A stretch of 64,000 nt of DNA from Octopus sinensis (lineage: Eukaryota), in NCBI RefSeq assembly GCF_006345805.1, contig NC_042997.1, positions 5,890,001 through 5,954,000 of the forward strand, in the 5' to 3' direction. The notes under the pieces are model-generated. The model did no database searches, was not told the DNA's origin, and saw nothing but the letters and a program-made list of their open reading frames with translations. The position numbers were made by a program, and so were the translations under genes. Every line of letters starts with the position of its first letter. Positions within the stretch are counted from its first letter, which is position 1. Shown piece by piece: positions 27,836 through 40,695 of this stretch.

Positions 27836-28370
27836 TAGGTGTACGGAAAACACTCGGCCGTTATGCCTGGGGCTCGACGCTATGAGGGTGACATCATCAG
27901 CATAAGCAGACACACTCCTCCCACATTCTAGATCACGTGGGTCACCCATCAAAGCCTCCAACTTGCGCGGTAATGACTCACGAGTCAGGTTATAGAGAGC
28001 AGAGGTGAGAGAACATTCTTGACTGACCGAACGGAACATTCTGAATGGCTCCGTCAAATGACCATTCATCCGAACAACCGAGCACATGCCGCTTTACAAA
28101 GCAGCGATCCAATCGCGGAAAACTGAGCCGGCTACCTTGAGAACAGCTGCCAAGTATTGATGGTCAACCCTATCAAAGGCTTCAGATTGATCTACATTGA
28201 GGCTCACCCATGTTAGATTCGTTACCCGCTCTCTCTATGATGTAGCGCATAAGATGGAGATTATCGTGAATACACCTGTTTGGGATCGCGCATGTTTTCG
28301 CCTCATCAACCAGCTAATCTACGACAAGCGTCAAGCTCTTGTCTAACACGTTGGCCAAAATCTCTATAAT
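27836..28370 (-). mobile_element. Tx1/L1-clade reverse transcriptase fragment (pseudogene)
   Basis: DQSEAFDRVDHQYL, VVRMNGHLTEPF, SVSQECSL (RQGCPL-like) and SAYADDVTL correspond to RT subdomains 3-5. Confidence 0.85.
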
Positions 28371-28499
28371 TCTCTATAACGCCTGAAATTCTCTATAACG
28401 TCCGCCTTTCTTGAGTCCTTTCTCATATGTGCAACCGCCCCTCGACGTATCACTCAGACTCTATCTACATTGAATAACATGCTACAACAGGACAAGAAA

Positions 28500-29604
28500 T
28501 TAGTGTTCCTTATTAGTGTTCCTTAATATTTTTAGCTAAAATATTGTTTCTTTTCAGATATCATCAGAAAAATGTAGTCAAATTCATTAAAATGTCAGAT
28601 ATATCGAACTTTCAGAGAGATCAAATTGTTGGTGCTCGCATTACAGGCGCTGGCGTAACAAAAACAGCCGAAATGTTTGGTGTATCAAGAAATACTGTCT
28701 GGAAAGTAATGACAGTCCTGGAGAAAGAGGAAAAAACCCTCGTTGAAACAAAACTCCGGAAACAAATCAAAACTTTTTGATGGGGACCTTCAGACCCTTA
28801 CCTGAATTGTTAGAAAGGTTCCAACAATTACTGCAGTTTTTAATGACCACCTCGAGAATCCAGTTTCCGCAAAAAACCGTTCTTTGGGAACTGCACAAAG
28901 CCGAATTTCACGGGACGGCTGCAATCACATTATCATTACTTTCAAAAACAAACGTTGCAAAGCGTTCAGAATGGAATATACTCCTTCAAAATCGGTCCCT
29001 CTAGTAGTAGAAGAATGTTATTTTCTCGGACGAGTTATATTTTACCTTATTTCTGACAACCTGCCAAATATACGTGTGGAGGCAGCCAAAAGAAGCATTT
29101 AACTCAGACTGCCTTCTTCCGACTGTTAAACAGGATTGAGGATGTGTGATGATCTGGGGGCGGGGCTATATATCGGAAATCCACAGCCCAATGATTTCCC
29201 TTCATGACAGAATTAATAGTCAAGACTATTTAACCATTTTATCTCATCAAATTCAATATATGGTTGAATTTGATCTTTCAGTATGATAATGCATCGATTT
29301 ACACAGTTAAAGTAGTTACTGAATGGCATGAAGAACATGTTAGTGAAGCTGAACATATTATCTGGCCACCTCAGTCCCCAGATCTCAATATTATTGAGCA
29401 TTTATGGTGCATTTTAGAAAACAAGCAATAAATCGATATCCTCCACCATCATCACTACAAGAACTAGAGACTGTTTTATCTGAAGGATGAACGAAATGTC
29501 CTTTGGAAATAATTAAAACTTTTTACATGTCCATACCTCGTATAATTCAAGCTGCAATTTCCGACAAAGGCGTTCCTATACTATTAACTTGTCCAACCCT
29601 TGTA
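28500..29604 (+). mobile_element. Tc1-family (DD34E) transposon, decayed
   Basis: MSDISNFQRDQIVGARITGAGVTKTAEMFGVSRNTV (paired-like HTH), FQYDNASIYT...WPPQSPDLNIIEHLW, and right TIR ttgtccaacccttg followed by TA at 29603-29604. Confidence 0.9.
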
Positions 29605-29639
29605 TATCTTACCACATGCAGTATTTTTGTTTGTTGATA

Positions 29640-29830
29640 TTACTTCACAGAAAAGTATTATATATATATATTTTTTTCTCTCCTTCTTTCTGTGTTATTT
29701 TTCTCTCTGTGTATCTTTCTGTTGAAGAGCGTGGGCTCGAAACGTTAAAGACTTGTTTTATTTATATTTCCTGAGCGCCATACTAATACAATTGTTTGTT
29801 TGTTTTCCGCCTGCCTTCGTCTTTTGTCTA
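29640..29830 (+). mobile_element. PLE terminal-repeat remnant with hammerhead-like motif
   Basis: CTGTTGA-A-GAGC-GTGG-GCTC-GAAAC-GTTA at 29719-29747. Downstream sequence is homologous (inverted) to 6130-6210. Confidence 0.6.
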
Positions 29831-29848
29831 TTTTCATAAAGCTTCCCG

Positions 29849-29886
<38 letters not shown>

Positions 29887-31155
29887 TATATAATATATAT
29901 ATAATTGCTCATCTTGCTTTAAAGAACGACCTACACGTTACCTACTCTCTAAAATGTTGGTCAGAATACCGAAAGCAGCCAGCCAGTATGCTCTAAATTT
30001 CAAAATAAGGGTCATATGTCCAACTCCTTCAATAGATCCCCTAATTTCACTCAGTTAATAGTACTAGCAACCATATATTGGGAATCGTCTTCTTTTACCA
30101 TCTGTTGCTGCAACCATCTCTCTGTTTCTTCCTATTTAATTCAGTAGCAATATTTCACATTGTAATTTTACTCTACTACTGGAATGTGTGCACACTGATT
30201 GCACCTGCAATAATAGCCAAAATTCTGGACTCGTAAAAGTTCTGAAGCAGGCCGAGCTGAAAATGTGTGAAGAGAGTACACTGTTCACAGGTTACATGAG
30301 ATGCGATTTATCGCGTCACCCTGGAACATTGGCTGTAGTTACAGACTTGCTTGCATTTATAGGATTCTTTGTAGATAAAGGCTTGTTTATCATAAATTCT
30401 AGGTTACGTATGTCAGTCATTCATGTCTCAAAGAACAGAGTATTTGGCGATGGCTGTAAAAGCTAATCCTTCTGCGAAAGTGTGCCACTTGAATAAAAAT
30501 ATTTCTTTAGCCAGTTAATTGTGGAAAATGTTCCCTACTAGTTACCGACGAGAGCAAATACATCAAAATGGAAATAATATGGAGCAATGTTGAACACATA
30601 TCCCACATAAAAAACTATTAAAAATATATTCCTCCTCTCGCAGAATTGTAAAAATTTGTGGACTGCTGGATGTGCCATCCAACTTCCGTAAAAGAATATT
30701 TTTTTTAGAATATTAATTCCCATCATCATTCAATAGATACCAACCCAATTTAGAGGATACTAATCTGTCAGCACTGCAGGTTATCGATTCCAGCAAATAG
30801 CTTATACATTATTCTAATTCTCTTCAGTAGATCACTATATTTCCTTGTAATCTGCAACAGAATAGAAGGCCAATTCATTTACTTTTGACAAAATAGAGAA
30901 GTTTCTTATTCTTATTTATATTACAGTACAAGTCTAGGTTTACTTCAGCTTCATTCAAGTTCCAGGACTTTTTCTTCCTAGACAACAAACGCAGCTCATG
31001 GATAGTCTTCTAAAATTGCTGGAATTTGGAAGAGAAAATGATTTCACTGAAAATAAGCTATAGGTCGATAGTACATGAGGGTGGAAATGCCCCCAGGAAA
31101 AAAATCAACAGAAACAACAATATATCCACATACATACATATATGCATGCATACAT

Positions 31156-31245
<90 letters not shown>

Positions 31246-31772
31246 CATACAGACAGAGACAGACAGACAGACAGAGATAGATAGATAGATGTATATATAT
31301 AGACAAAGAAGAATATACACAACTTTATTTCTATCTCTCTTTATCTATCTATATTTTACATATAAACATATGTATATATATTTGGAACTCGAGGGTGAAT
31401 TATTTTATGATAATTATTTTGAAATAGATATATTTAGTAATTCGTTATATTTTTCACTTTTTACAGAAAATAAACAAAAATATGAAAACATTTAGTACTC
31501 TATTTCCTTTACAACGCACGAAACACCTGTGTGATAAACAATATGGATAATAATTAATATAGTGAGAGAATGCATCAGTACAATAATTGAATAACTGATT
31601 AAATATATCTTAAATTATTTTCCAGCGTTACAAAATGTAATCAATCAGATAACGGAACAAAAACTCTTTTAATACCTGAAGGCAACACGTGTGTCATAAC
31701 ATCTGCAAGGAAATCCACGACTTAGAATTTGGTAGGTTCAACTTAAAGACTGTAAGCCTACACTCGCGTATG

Positions 31773-31819
<47 letters not shown>

Positions 31820-31968
31820 GATTCTCTGAGTTTGCATGTACCAATTCCACTCACAATGCTTTGGTTTGTCTGAGGCTGTAGTAGAAACAATTGTCCAAAT
31901 GTCATGCAGTGGTATTGAACCCGGAACCAAGTGGTATAGAAGCAAGCATCTCAGCACACAGCCACACA
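31820..31968 (-). mobile_element. SINE 5' fragment (family of 54940-55373)
   Basis: ttccactcacaatgctttgg...ttgaacccggaacc...cacacagccac. Confidence 0.75.
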
Positions 31969-32183
31969 ATATTTATACACACACACAGGTACACAGACAA
32001 ACATGCATACGCACTATCAAGTTGAATATTTTAATTTGAGTATCATATTATTATTGGCAGTTTATGAGCTCACCGACTATTGTGAAACCCCAAGCTTGGT
32101 AAATAATTATTAAGTTTATTTTAACTCTTCGTTAACATGTATGATTAAAAATAACAATTTCATTAGCATAGGTACCAATAGAT

Positions 32184-32575
32184 GGATCTTTTCGGTTTGA
32201 ACGGCAGTGTTTAACATAATTTCAAGGTAACTGAAGAATTTTAAACTTCGTATACTGGTAGAATGTGTTTATAAAACATCATTTTCTCTTGGCTTTATTA
32301 AGAAAATTCTATAGTTTGTAAAATTTTTGTTGTTTTTTCTTCAATTTCGGCAATTTCAACAAATCAGTTACGTCTATTGAGTTAAAAAGCATTCTGTGCC
32401 GTATGAATATGTCCCTCGTTTAAGTAACAGATTGGATTTATTTACACCCCTAACCCTAACTAACCCTAACCCTAAAAGAGATTGAAATGCAATAGATCGA
32501 TTCTAGGGTCATAATTATGAGTGACAATTTCATATGACACTGCTGGAAAAAACTGCCGTTCAAACTGAAAAATCT
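32184..32575. mobile_element. MITE with about 25-bp TIRs, 8-bp TSD and internal (CCCTAA)n
   Basis: Left GGATCTTTTCGGTTTGAACGGCAGT (32184-32208) and right ACTGCCGTTCAAACTGAAAAATCT (32552-32575). CAATAGAT at 32176-32183 and 32576-32583. CCCTAA units at 32448-32475. Confidence 0.85.
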
Positions 32576-35500
32576 CAATAGATAACTAAATTTCATTAAT
32601 TTATTCCACAGACTAAAAGGCAACTTGTGAATGTTTGCTTATTTTAATAACTTTTACTTTCATATGCGAGAGTATTATTGGTGTGCGATCACAAGAGCTT
32701 AAGTGGATTTATTGAAACTATTAACAAGTCTATTTATTCATAACTAGTTCACTAATATACTTAGACAAAAATTAAATCTAACTGCTATTCATCTGACTTG
32801 GCAATCCTTTCAGAGGCGAAGGAATTTGAATAGTTTTATTTGTTGTTTGCAGACGTTAAATCGTGTTTCGAGACTGACTTTCCGTCCCGGTTGAAAAAGA
32901 AATAAAAAAAACTTACATAAGATTCAGTCCAGAAACCCGTGACTACCCTTTCGCCAACAACACGGAACTTATCCCAAATCATGAAATTTATCTATCATTA
33001 TTCTCACAACCAATTTCAATTGGCATACTATTTAAATATACTAATGTTTACCTCTTCAAAATTAGATAAATAATTACGATTATCCTCGGGCATGAACCAG
33101 TGACAGAGTAATCAAGTACTCAACTAAACTTTTACTTTTAATAGCACCCGAATCAGTATCAGTCTTCGAAAGAATTTCCAACAATAATACACATTGTTCT
33201 CAGTCAATAAATTTACGCTTCAATTTTTTTTCTACTATTTTCGAAATTTATGAATGCTTCATTCCACTTTTAGGTATGTTGAAATCGTGAACATAATATA
33301 TATTTAGATAATTTCTGTTATATTATTCTATTTAAGTAACCTACATTCATTATACTCCATAGCAAATGAGCTTCCGATAATTCTCCCATATCCGGAAAAT
33401 TTATGATATATTACAACTTTTCTTCCAAATACTCAATATAATTTGGTAACGCCTAACATTGAAATGCATCGTCAGATCTTATTGTCTTCTATTTCCTCGG
33501 TAAAATTGTATTTCTTTATATAGGAAGTTTCCGGTCTCACAGCCTCCAGGCTAAACGAAATTTGTGTTTCGGTACCAAATTAAACGTTACAATCCCTCAC
33601 ATAGCTATGCCAGCTATGTAATGACACGCATTTATATATTCTCCGCTTTTTTTTTGTAGATTTATTTCAAAAATAATTGTAGCTTATGTTCAAAGGCTTC
33701 CTATTTCGAACAATTTTAGCTGGAATAGTGATTTTCTTTTTCTAGTAATAAGATATTGGTTTTACGCACGGATCACTTCATTACATACTTAAATCATCAT
33801 AATGTATTTCTAGTCGACACATCTCGGAATGTTAAGAGAAATTATATTTGTGCGTGATCGTAGTGCGTTTCCTAGGTTTATAGAATGACTGAAATATAAG
33901 AAATTTCCTTCATGAATGTACAGTACTTCTGCACTTTAGAATATTTAACCGATCTTCCTATAATTTCTAATCTTTTTTATACGCACGAAATGAAATACCT
34001 AAGTGATCTTTCTAAACTATCTGTTTTTTTATTAAGAGAAATATATAAATTCTTCAGCTCAACTTGATATATAGGTGCATTTATGTGCTACTCTGAGTAA
34101 ATGTCTGCATTCTGGATTGACGATGCTGACAGATTCTTCCAGGATTTTGTTTTATGACTTGTATTCTTCTTACAATCATAGAGAAAAATTCTATATAACG
34201 TAACTAAAAGAACGTATACTCCATTCCGAACAACCTCAGAGGTTTTAAGCTTAGTGATAATCGTAGATCATGGCTAAAGCTTTGGTATGCTTCTAATATA
34301 ACTTAATTGTCGTTATTACTTCAATTTCACTCAGTCGTAATAATTTGCTGTAACTTGTTTTCTGTGAGGGAACTACATCATAGTCCAATATACCTTGGGT
34401 AGAAGAAATAGATGATTAATAATTACTGATGGAAAAACATCACTCTAGAAATTAGGCGTTAATATGATATTGAATCTCTGAAGGAGATACGTTCTCGAAG
34501 TACTTACATTTTAATATCACTATCAATATGACACGGCTGATTTTGCAACATTAGTCCTGAATAACCCTGATAGAAATACATCAAAATGCCTCTTTAAAAG
34601 ATTTAATTAGTCCTGCAATTTTGATTAAAATGCTCATTTTCAAAATATTAACAGAGAAAGTGAGAGAGAAAGAAAGAATGAAGGAGAAAATGAGATAGAG
34701 ATGAAAAGAAAGAGAAAAGAGAGATGTAAAACGACTGAGAGAAAAAGAGACAGAGAAAGAGCGAAGACTAATATTTCCGTTTTTGCCGTCCGCTTGTCAA
34801 AACCTTAAGAGAAAAAAGTAGAATTTGGGTTTGTGCATTGTGTTCAATTCTGTGATTGTATGCAAAGAATTGGTTGAAAATCTTTCATATTTGATATAAT
34901 AATGTCTATATTAACCACTACACCTTGTAATCATGAATGTCCACGGACACTGAACATACTAAAACACTTGGTATCTCCCCTACTCGATATGCAGGTTGCA
35001 ATATCACGGCGTTGCAACCAACAGCAACATCTGCAATAAAGTCACATACAGAAACCTTTTCCTCTACCGTCCCCGTTTGAAAGCTAAAAACTGTCACATA
35101 TGACAAAAATCCACTAACTACCTATGGATTAAATTTTCGATTAAATTCAGAAGCCCAGAAGATTACATTAATCATAATCACACACTTACAAAACGTCTAT
35201 GAGTCCGAATGGACACATCGTATCTGTAATCAGTCATCCTCAGGGATTAATATCGGCCCTTAAACAAAATTTTCCAACACCTATTTTCTCAAATTATCAA
35301 ATTTCAGCAAATTTTTAACTGCTGGTGACTGTAATATTATCCACATGGAATTAATGGACATACAGCAGGTTTTCTCAGGAATCTTTGTACAGTTATGTGA
35401 ATGTAAGAAATGGTACATCAAGAAAAGAAAGATTAGTACACCGGAAAACTGCCTGAAGTACAGCTGAGACATATTACTGCCGACTTTGTAATGTACGGCG

Positions 35501-36089
35501 TCTACTACACCAAACTAACGAACAGGTAGCACAATTTGTTCGCTAGAAATCTAAACTGAGAAACCTCTCCGTATATGTGCATCACCAATTATGAAATACC
35601 TTGACAAATACATGAGAATAAAATAATGAAGGTAGTCTCAATCAAATCTGTATATATTGACATATGTAACTTGCAGAATAAAGAAATAATTTTCATGAAT
35701 ATTAAAAAAAAAACCTCCACACCTCCAAACAAATCCGACTTGAAATTAATGCGATGCTATTCACTATGGACACTGTGTATAGCAAGATCTTACGCATTGT
35801 ATCCACGTACGTGAGAGCCCATACAATACAATCTAAGGCGCAGTATAACAGCCTCCATAGTTTTTACACAACCCGATACCCTAAACATTGACCTGTCTAC
35901 TTAATATACGTAATTTTTTCTCTTACTTTTTCTCACAATAGTTTTAGCAAAAAAATGTTTTACCCGAAATATCTTCACTAATTACATCTTTTTTAAGGTG
36001 ATGTTCTATTTTATATTTTATTGATATTTTTGATCTTTAATTTTCCAATTACATCTTTAGTTTATTCACATTATATAACACATAGTTGA

Positions 36090-36179
<90 letters not shown>

Positions 36180-36559
36180 TATAATTGTATGTATGTAGAT
36201 GTATACATCACATAATGCCTTAAGCGACTACAACACTCTTCTATTAATATACGTATAGTTATTTCATTTGGCGAAACAGCATGAATTGTTTGACGTTACA
36301 CTCTTTTCATTGTAACTATTTTAATTTGAAATTTTAATTACTTTCAATTTAATTCTGATATTTTCCCATTCGACAATATTATATGTAAATACGTTACCCG
36401 AACTTGAAAGAAAATACGCACACGTAGTGAGATCTTACACTACAGAAATAGAACCGTTTTTGAACTATTGGTTAATAGGGCCTATTAAAAGTAAATTAAA
36501 TCATGTGAATTTTTATCCCACAAAATCAATCGAATACCTATATTGTCTATTTCACTGTG

Positions 36560-37150
36560 TGCTGTACGCATCTTTATAGTAGAGCAGCAACTATTCTGAA
36601 TTTCTATTCAGTTTTTATGTATATGGATAACGTTCACAAATGTTCCTCCCAAATACTGTTTCGCAGTTCTCCTATTACAGCACTAACAGAAGAACATTAT
36701 GAAAATACACGTTTTCTGATTACTTCAACTATTTATGGTAAGTTGTCAAGTTCACGAGAAACTATTCAGCAGTTTTCTCACACACTCCTCGAAACAGGTA
36801 ATATAATTCAGCCTTGGAAGATATTCTACAAAATGATATCCTCCAAGCTCTTGAATCTCTTCTCTATTCTTAATGATTCCTCGTGCAGCTTCCTTGAATG
36901 CAGAATACATAAGATTGTTTGTCATTTATATGATACTAAGGCTATGTATTCCATGAAAAGGAATTAGCTGAGTAAATTTTTGGTGAACGAACAATCTCCT
37001 AAAAATAGATGAAAAATCTTGCTGAATTGATTACCTGCCACTATAAAAAGGAAATACATACTATGTCTTAATAAGATGGAGGTAGTTACAGGTGACAAAG
37101 CAGGACCCGCTTCTACATAGGTCAACTTCATCACTGCTGATGTGAAGCAT
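36560..37150 (-). mobile_element. Probable decayed Helitron Rep/helicase coding fragment
   Basis: Frameshifted reverse translation FRRLFVH...MTNNLMYSAFKEAARGIIKNREE...CFEEC...IFIMFFC...SIWEEH follows the Helitron motif order YLRLLL..V.G..Y.TFKEAC.ARGLL...W..CL.EA...LF..IL.FC...LW. Confidence 0.45.
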
Positions 37151-37924
37151 CTCGAGAACGCACATTTCTATACATAAAGAAGAATTATGAACAAGATGAA
37201 GTTTCCAGTACAGAGACACAGCTCTAATAAGGGAAGCACTTATGCGCATGCATTCACTTCACAGTATTATATGCGTGAAAATTCAGATTACTGGTTGAAT
37301 CGTGTGGGCGGCGTACAAAATGGCTTTACTTTATTCAGTTTCGTCCTCCGAAATTAAGAGACCAAAATCCTCGAACTCTGCCTTGATGCTTAAAATTTTA
37401 AATACTAGTTACATATTGGAGGCAATTTAATAGGCTGCACGCTCATCATAATTAGGTGATTAACTATTTTTAGAAATTAATAATGCATGCATGACTCCAT
37501 CTGATTTTGTCTAGACTCCATTTTGGGAGAGAGAATGCGCGTAAAATGAATCAACTTATTTACTGTATTTTTATCGAGCAATAGTATACTACTCGTATGA
37601 TAGAAATATATAAGTATCAGATAAATTTTGAAATGTAATTTAAAACAAAATGAATTGTAATTTGAGATAGAAACTAAAGGAAACAACTGCTATAATGATG
37701 AGATTTAGACCATACGCATATCACCCGCAGTGTTAAAGGTTACACTTAAATGTATATCGGTTACCCTCTTTGTATGCATAGGACAATACTGTTTTTCTTA
37801 TTTTATCTAAACTGCTTTATCGAACTCAGTTCGATAATTAGCCACATACTACCATTTTAACAAAGTAAAGGATATATTTTGAGGTCATGGAATTCCATGT
37901 GTTCTGTGGTATATAATACCCTTT

Positions 37925-38150
37925 CTGTTATAGGCACAAGGGCTGAAATATTGAAGTAAGGCACGAATTAATTACCCCGAGGCCTATGCTTAACTGGTAC
38001 TTAGTTTATCGACCACGAAATGACAAAAGACAAAATCGACCTCAGCGGAATTTAAACACAAGGTAAGACGGGAAAAAATGCCGCTCAGATTTTTATCCTT
38101 GCTAACGATTCTGCGAGTTCGTATTATATAATACGGTAGGCACAAAATGT
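37925..38150 (-). mobile_element. Decayed Nin/Deu-domain-like tRNA SINE
   Basis: ctggtacttagtttatcgacc...caaaatcgacctcagcggaattt. Confidence 0.7.
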
Positions 38151-39869
38151 TAATAATGCTATTGTAGTTTTCCATGCAATTGGTAATTAGAAAAGTACAC
38201 TTTTTGAGTAATGGAGGAATCTGTTTTAGAAATACAGAGCAGCATGTTCACGATGCTTAAAGTAGTTCATTTAAACCCCATGAAAACAAGCTTCTATATA
38301 CAAGAAGGTGCATGTAGTGCATTGTCTTGCTGTTCACTTGGATAAGTAATATTAAACGAGTTACCAATTACAGTACGTGAATATAGTCAAATCAATTTTA
38401 ATTCATTGATTAAGGACAGAAATATTGTTGTAATACTTCGCAATCATATTATCTTGAACTACATTGCTCATTTGCTTTCAGGTAAACTCTTCAGTAATTA
38501 TTGACTCATATTTCTTCGACGTTCAGCGAGTGTAAATGATATCTTGCTTGCTCACACGTTCGCTGTGGGCTAGTATGTATAGGCATAAATTTATGTACAT
38601 AACTATTGATAATGATTAAAAGCTAGGTGTTGCATTTAAATACTAGCAAATATTTTAGATAAATAATTCACATGATTATACTTTTAGTCTTTGTGGCATT
38701 GCAATTCTCATCTTCATTTTCTAAACGCTGCTAGTCGTGAAAACGCACGCGATAACACTCTAGACCCGGATTAGACTGGCTAAACAGGACTTAAGATCAT
38801 TCAGGACTATTTTATTTTTTCTGTATGAAACAAGTATTTTAATTTTAATAGATGTCACCGTGTAATGTGAGGAAAATTTAGCGTCTATTCCCAACAAGTC
38901 GAGCAAGTAGAGGAATCCTTATTAATTTACCTATGGGAAATATTTATTATTTGGTGCCTTTTCTACAACAAACTAAAATAGCATAGGTTTGATCTTATTT
39001 TAACCTGTAGGTGAATATCAACATCGTATAAAATTTATTCCAAATAGTTCTATCTCATATTAAATGCTAGGAAAATATTGCATAATGCACAAGCAATTCA
39101 AGTCTGAAATACTTTCGCTGCCAATATTCTAGATATTATATCACCATATTGGTATCTAATTCTAACACTGAAACCACACATTCCAGATCAATAAGCCGTA
39201 GCTTAAGCTTATGTAATCCATAAGTTCTCAGCCCGGAGGATTAATTTGTTCCGGCCATTATTGACATGTTTTATCTTCCGGATAGAAGCAATCGAGCAAT
39301 CCATTATATGGACATATTGGTCGCTTAAATAATGAACGCACCTTCTTCGAAATTTATATCATATTTTGATACTTGCTGTACGTTAAATGAACCCTCTTGC
39401 CAACTGGCTGCTGGTTAATAACTGTTGTGACCTAACTGCTTTTGAGACGCACTTGATGCGATTTCGAAGGAAATATTAGCAAAGTGCGAAATGGTATGAC
39501 TGTCAATTAGATAGTCTGATATAATAATATAAATCTGATCTACGTAGAGGTTTTAATTGCTATTACGTACTCTGACTAAAAGAAATTGGTTTCAGTACGA
39601 ATCTTCATAATATCCTCACATGTACTTTTTCATTCATTAATTTTAACGACCTAGTTTACAATTTCGATTCCTGATACTGTGTTGGGAACTCAATTTGTAT
39701 AAATTTAGTCTAGCTTGTTTTTAAAGTTAGTGTTCCTACCATCACATAATAGTTATGTTTCTAACTGGGGGTGATATCTCCTAATCTGCAGGGGGGAATA
39801 TAGTCAATTCAGCTATGAAGTCAATTCAAATAATAGTCGAATGAGTTGCATTATCATTATTTATATTTA

Positions 39870-40035
39870 TCTAAATCAGGGAGCTGGCAGAATAGTTAGC
39901 AAGCAGACAAAATATTTAAGTGGTATTTCATTTGGCTGTTTACGTTCTGAACTCCAACTCTGCGGAGGTAAACCTTTATTTTTATGCTCCTGGCCCGACA
40001 AGAAAACTACCTGGAAGGTACTTAATTAGAGGTAA
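39870..40035 (+). mobile_element. Decayed Nin/Deu-domain-like tRNA SINE
   Basis: ggcagaatagttagc...cgttctgaactccaactctgcggaggtaaacctt matches the family head. Confidence 0.6.
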
Positions 40036-40470
40036 TCGACAAACCATTTCAATCACATTTCAATACTTGTGCGTATGTTTCAATGGATTATTTATTTTAG
40101 GCGAAATGAAATTTAAATTACACCTCATCAGGTTTCTCCCCTTTCTGATTATTAGTTTGAATACATAATTAGTTTATATTAAATAGATATTATTTGGAAG
40201 ATATAGGGAAACTGAAAAAACAAAAAATGCTATTGAAGAAAATGGTATTTCTCCAAACAAAATCGAGGACCCCCCCAACATACAGTAACTAGAGATTATA
40301 CGTGACACTCCATAATCAAACGGTAGCCAACCAGTGTAAGTCAATGCTCATGCAGATACAAAATAATCAAGTAGTCATGAATTATTCTTTCAATATCCCA
40401 CCTTAACACACGTAAAGTTCTATATGAGAGAGCTCACATACACACACGCACGCACGCAGACAGACATATA

Positions 40471-40508
<38 letters not shown>

Positions 40509-40617
40509 TAGATATTCGGGGTGAGTACTTGATAATTATAAGCACCTGTGTATACCGTTTGGTGGTGTAGGTGTTGGAGTAAATTGATCAAAATAAAAAC
40601 ATGATGCGAAGGATTCA

Positions 40618-40695
40618 GCGGTACATATGTTTCGGGCCTTTATTAGACATATTTATAACAATGCATAATGTATGTCTGTGGCCTTCTTCAGCCGC
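40618..40695 (-). ncRNA. Type I hammerhead ribozyme in the 3' pLTR (sense to the PLE ORF)
   Basis: RNA reads GCGG-CUGAAGA-A-GGCC...GGCC-C-GAAAC-AUAU-GUA-CCGC. Stem I GCGG/CCGC, palindromic minimal stem III, predicted cleavage after GUA (40622). Confidence 0.8.

Noticed and set aside
30050-31060. hAT dimerisation-domain remnant on the minus strand
   Set aside because: Only a faint NSVLSSHIFSSAC resemblance, with stops throughout. Left unassigned.
32448-32475. Telomere or chromosome-fusion scar
   Set aside because: Only about four hexamers in one orientation, enclosed by TIRs and a TSD, so part of a MITE.
38468-38488. Recursive splice site (tttcag|gtaaac) on the plus strand
   Set aside because: The motif is common by chance and the plus-strand host intron is itself unproven.
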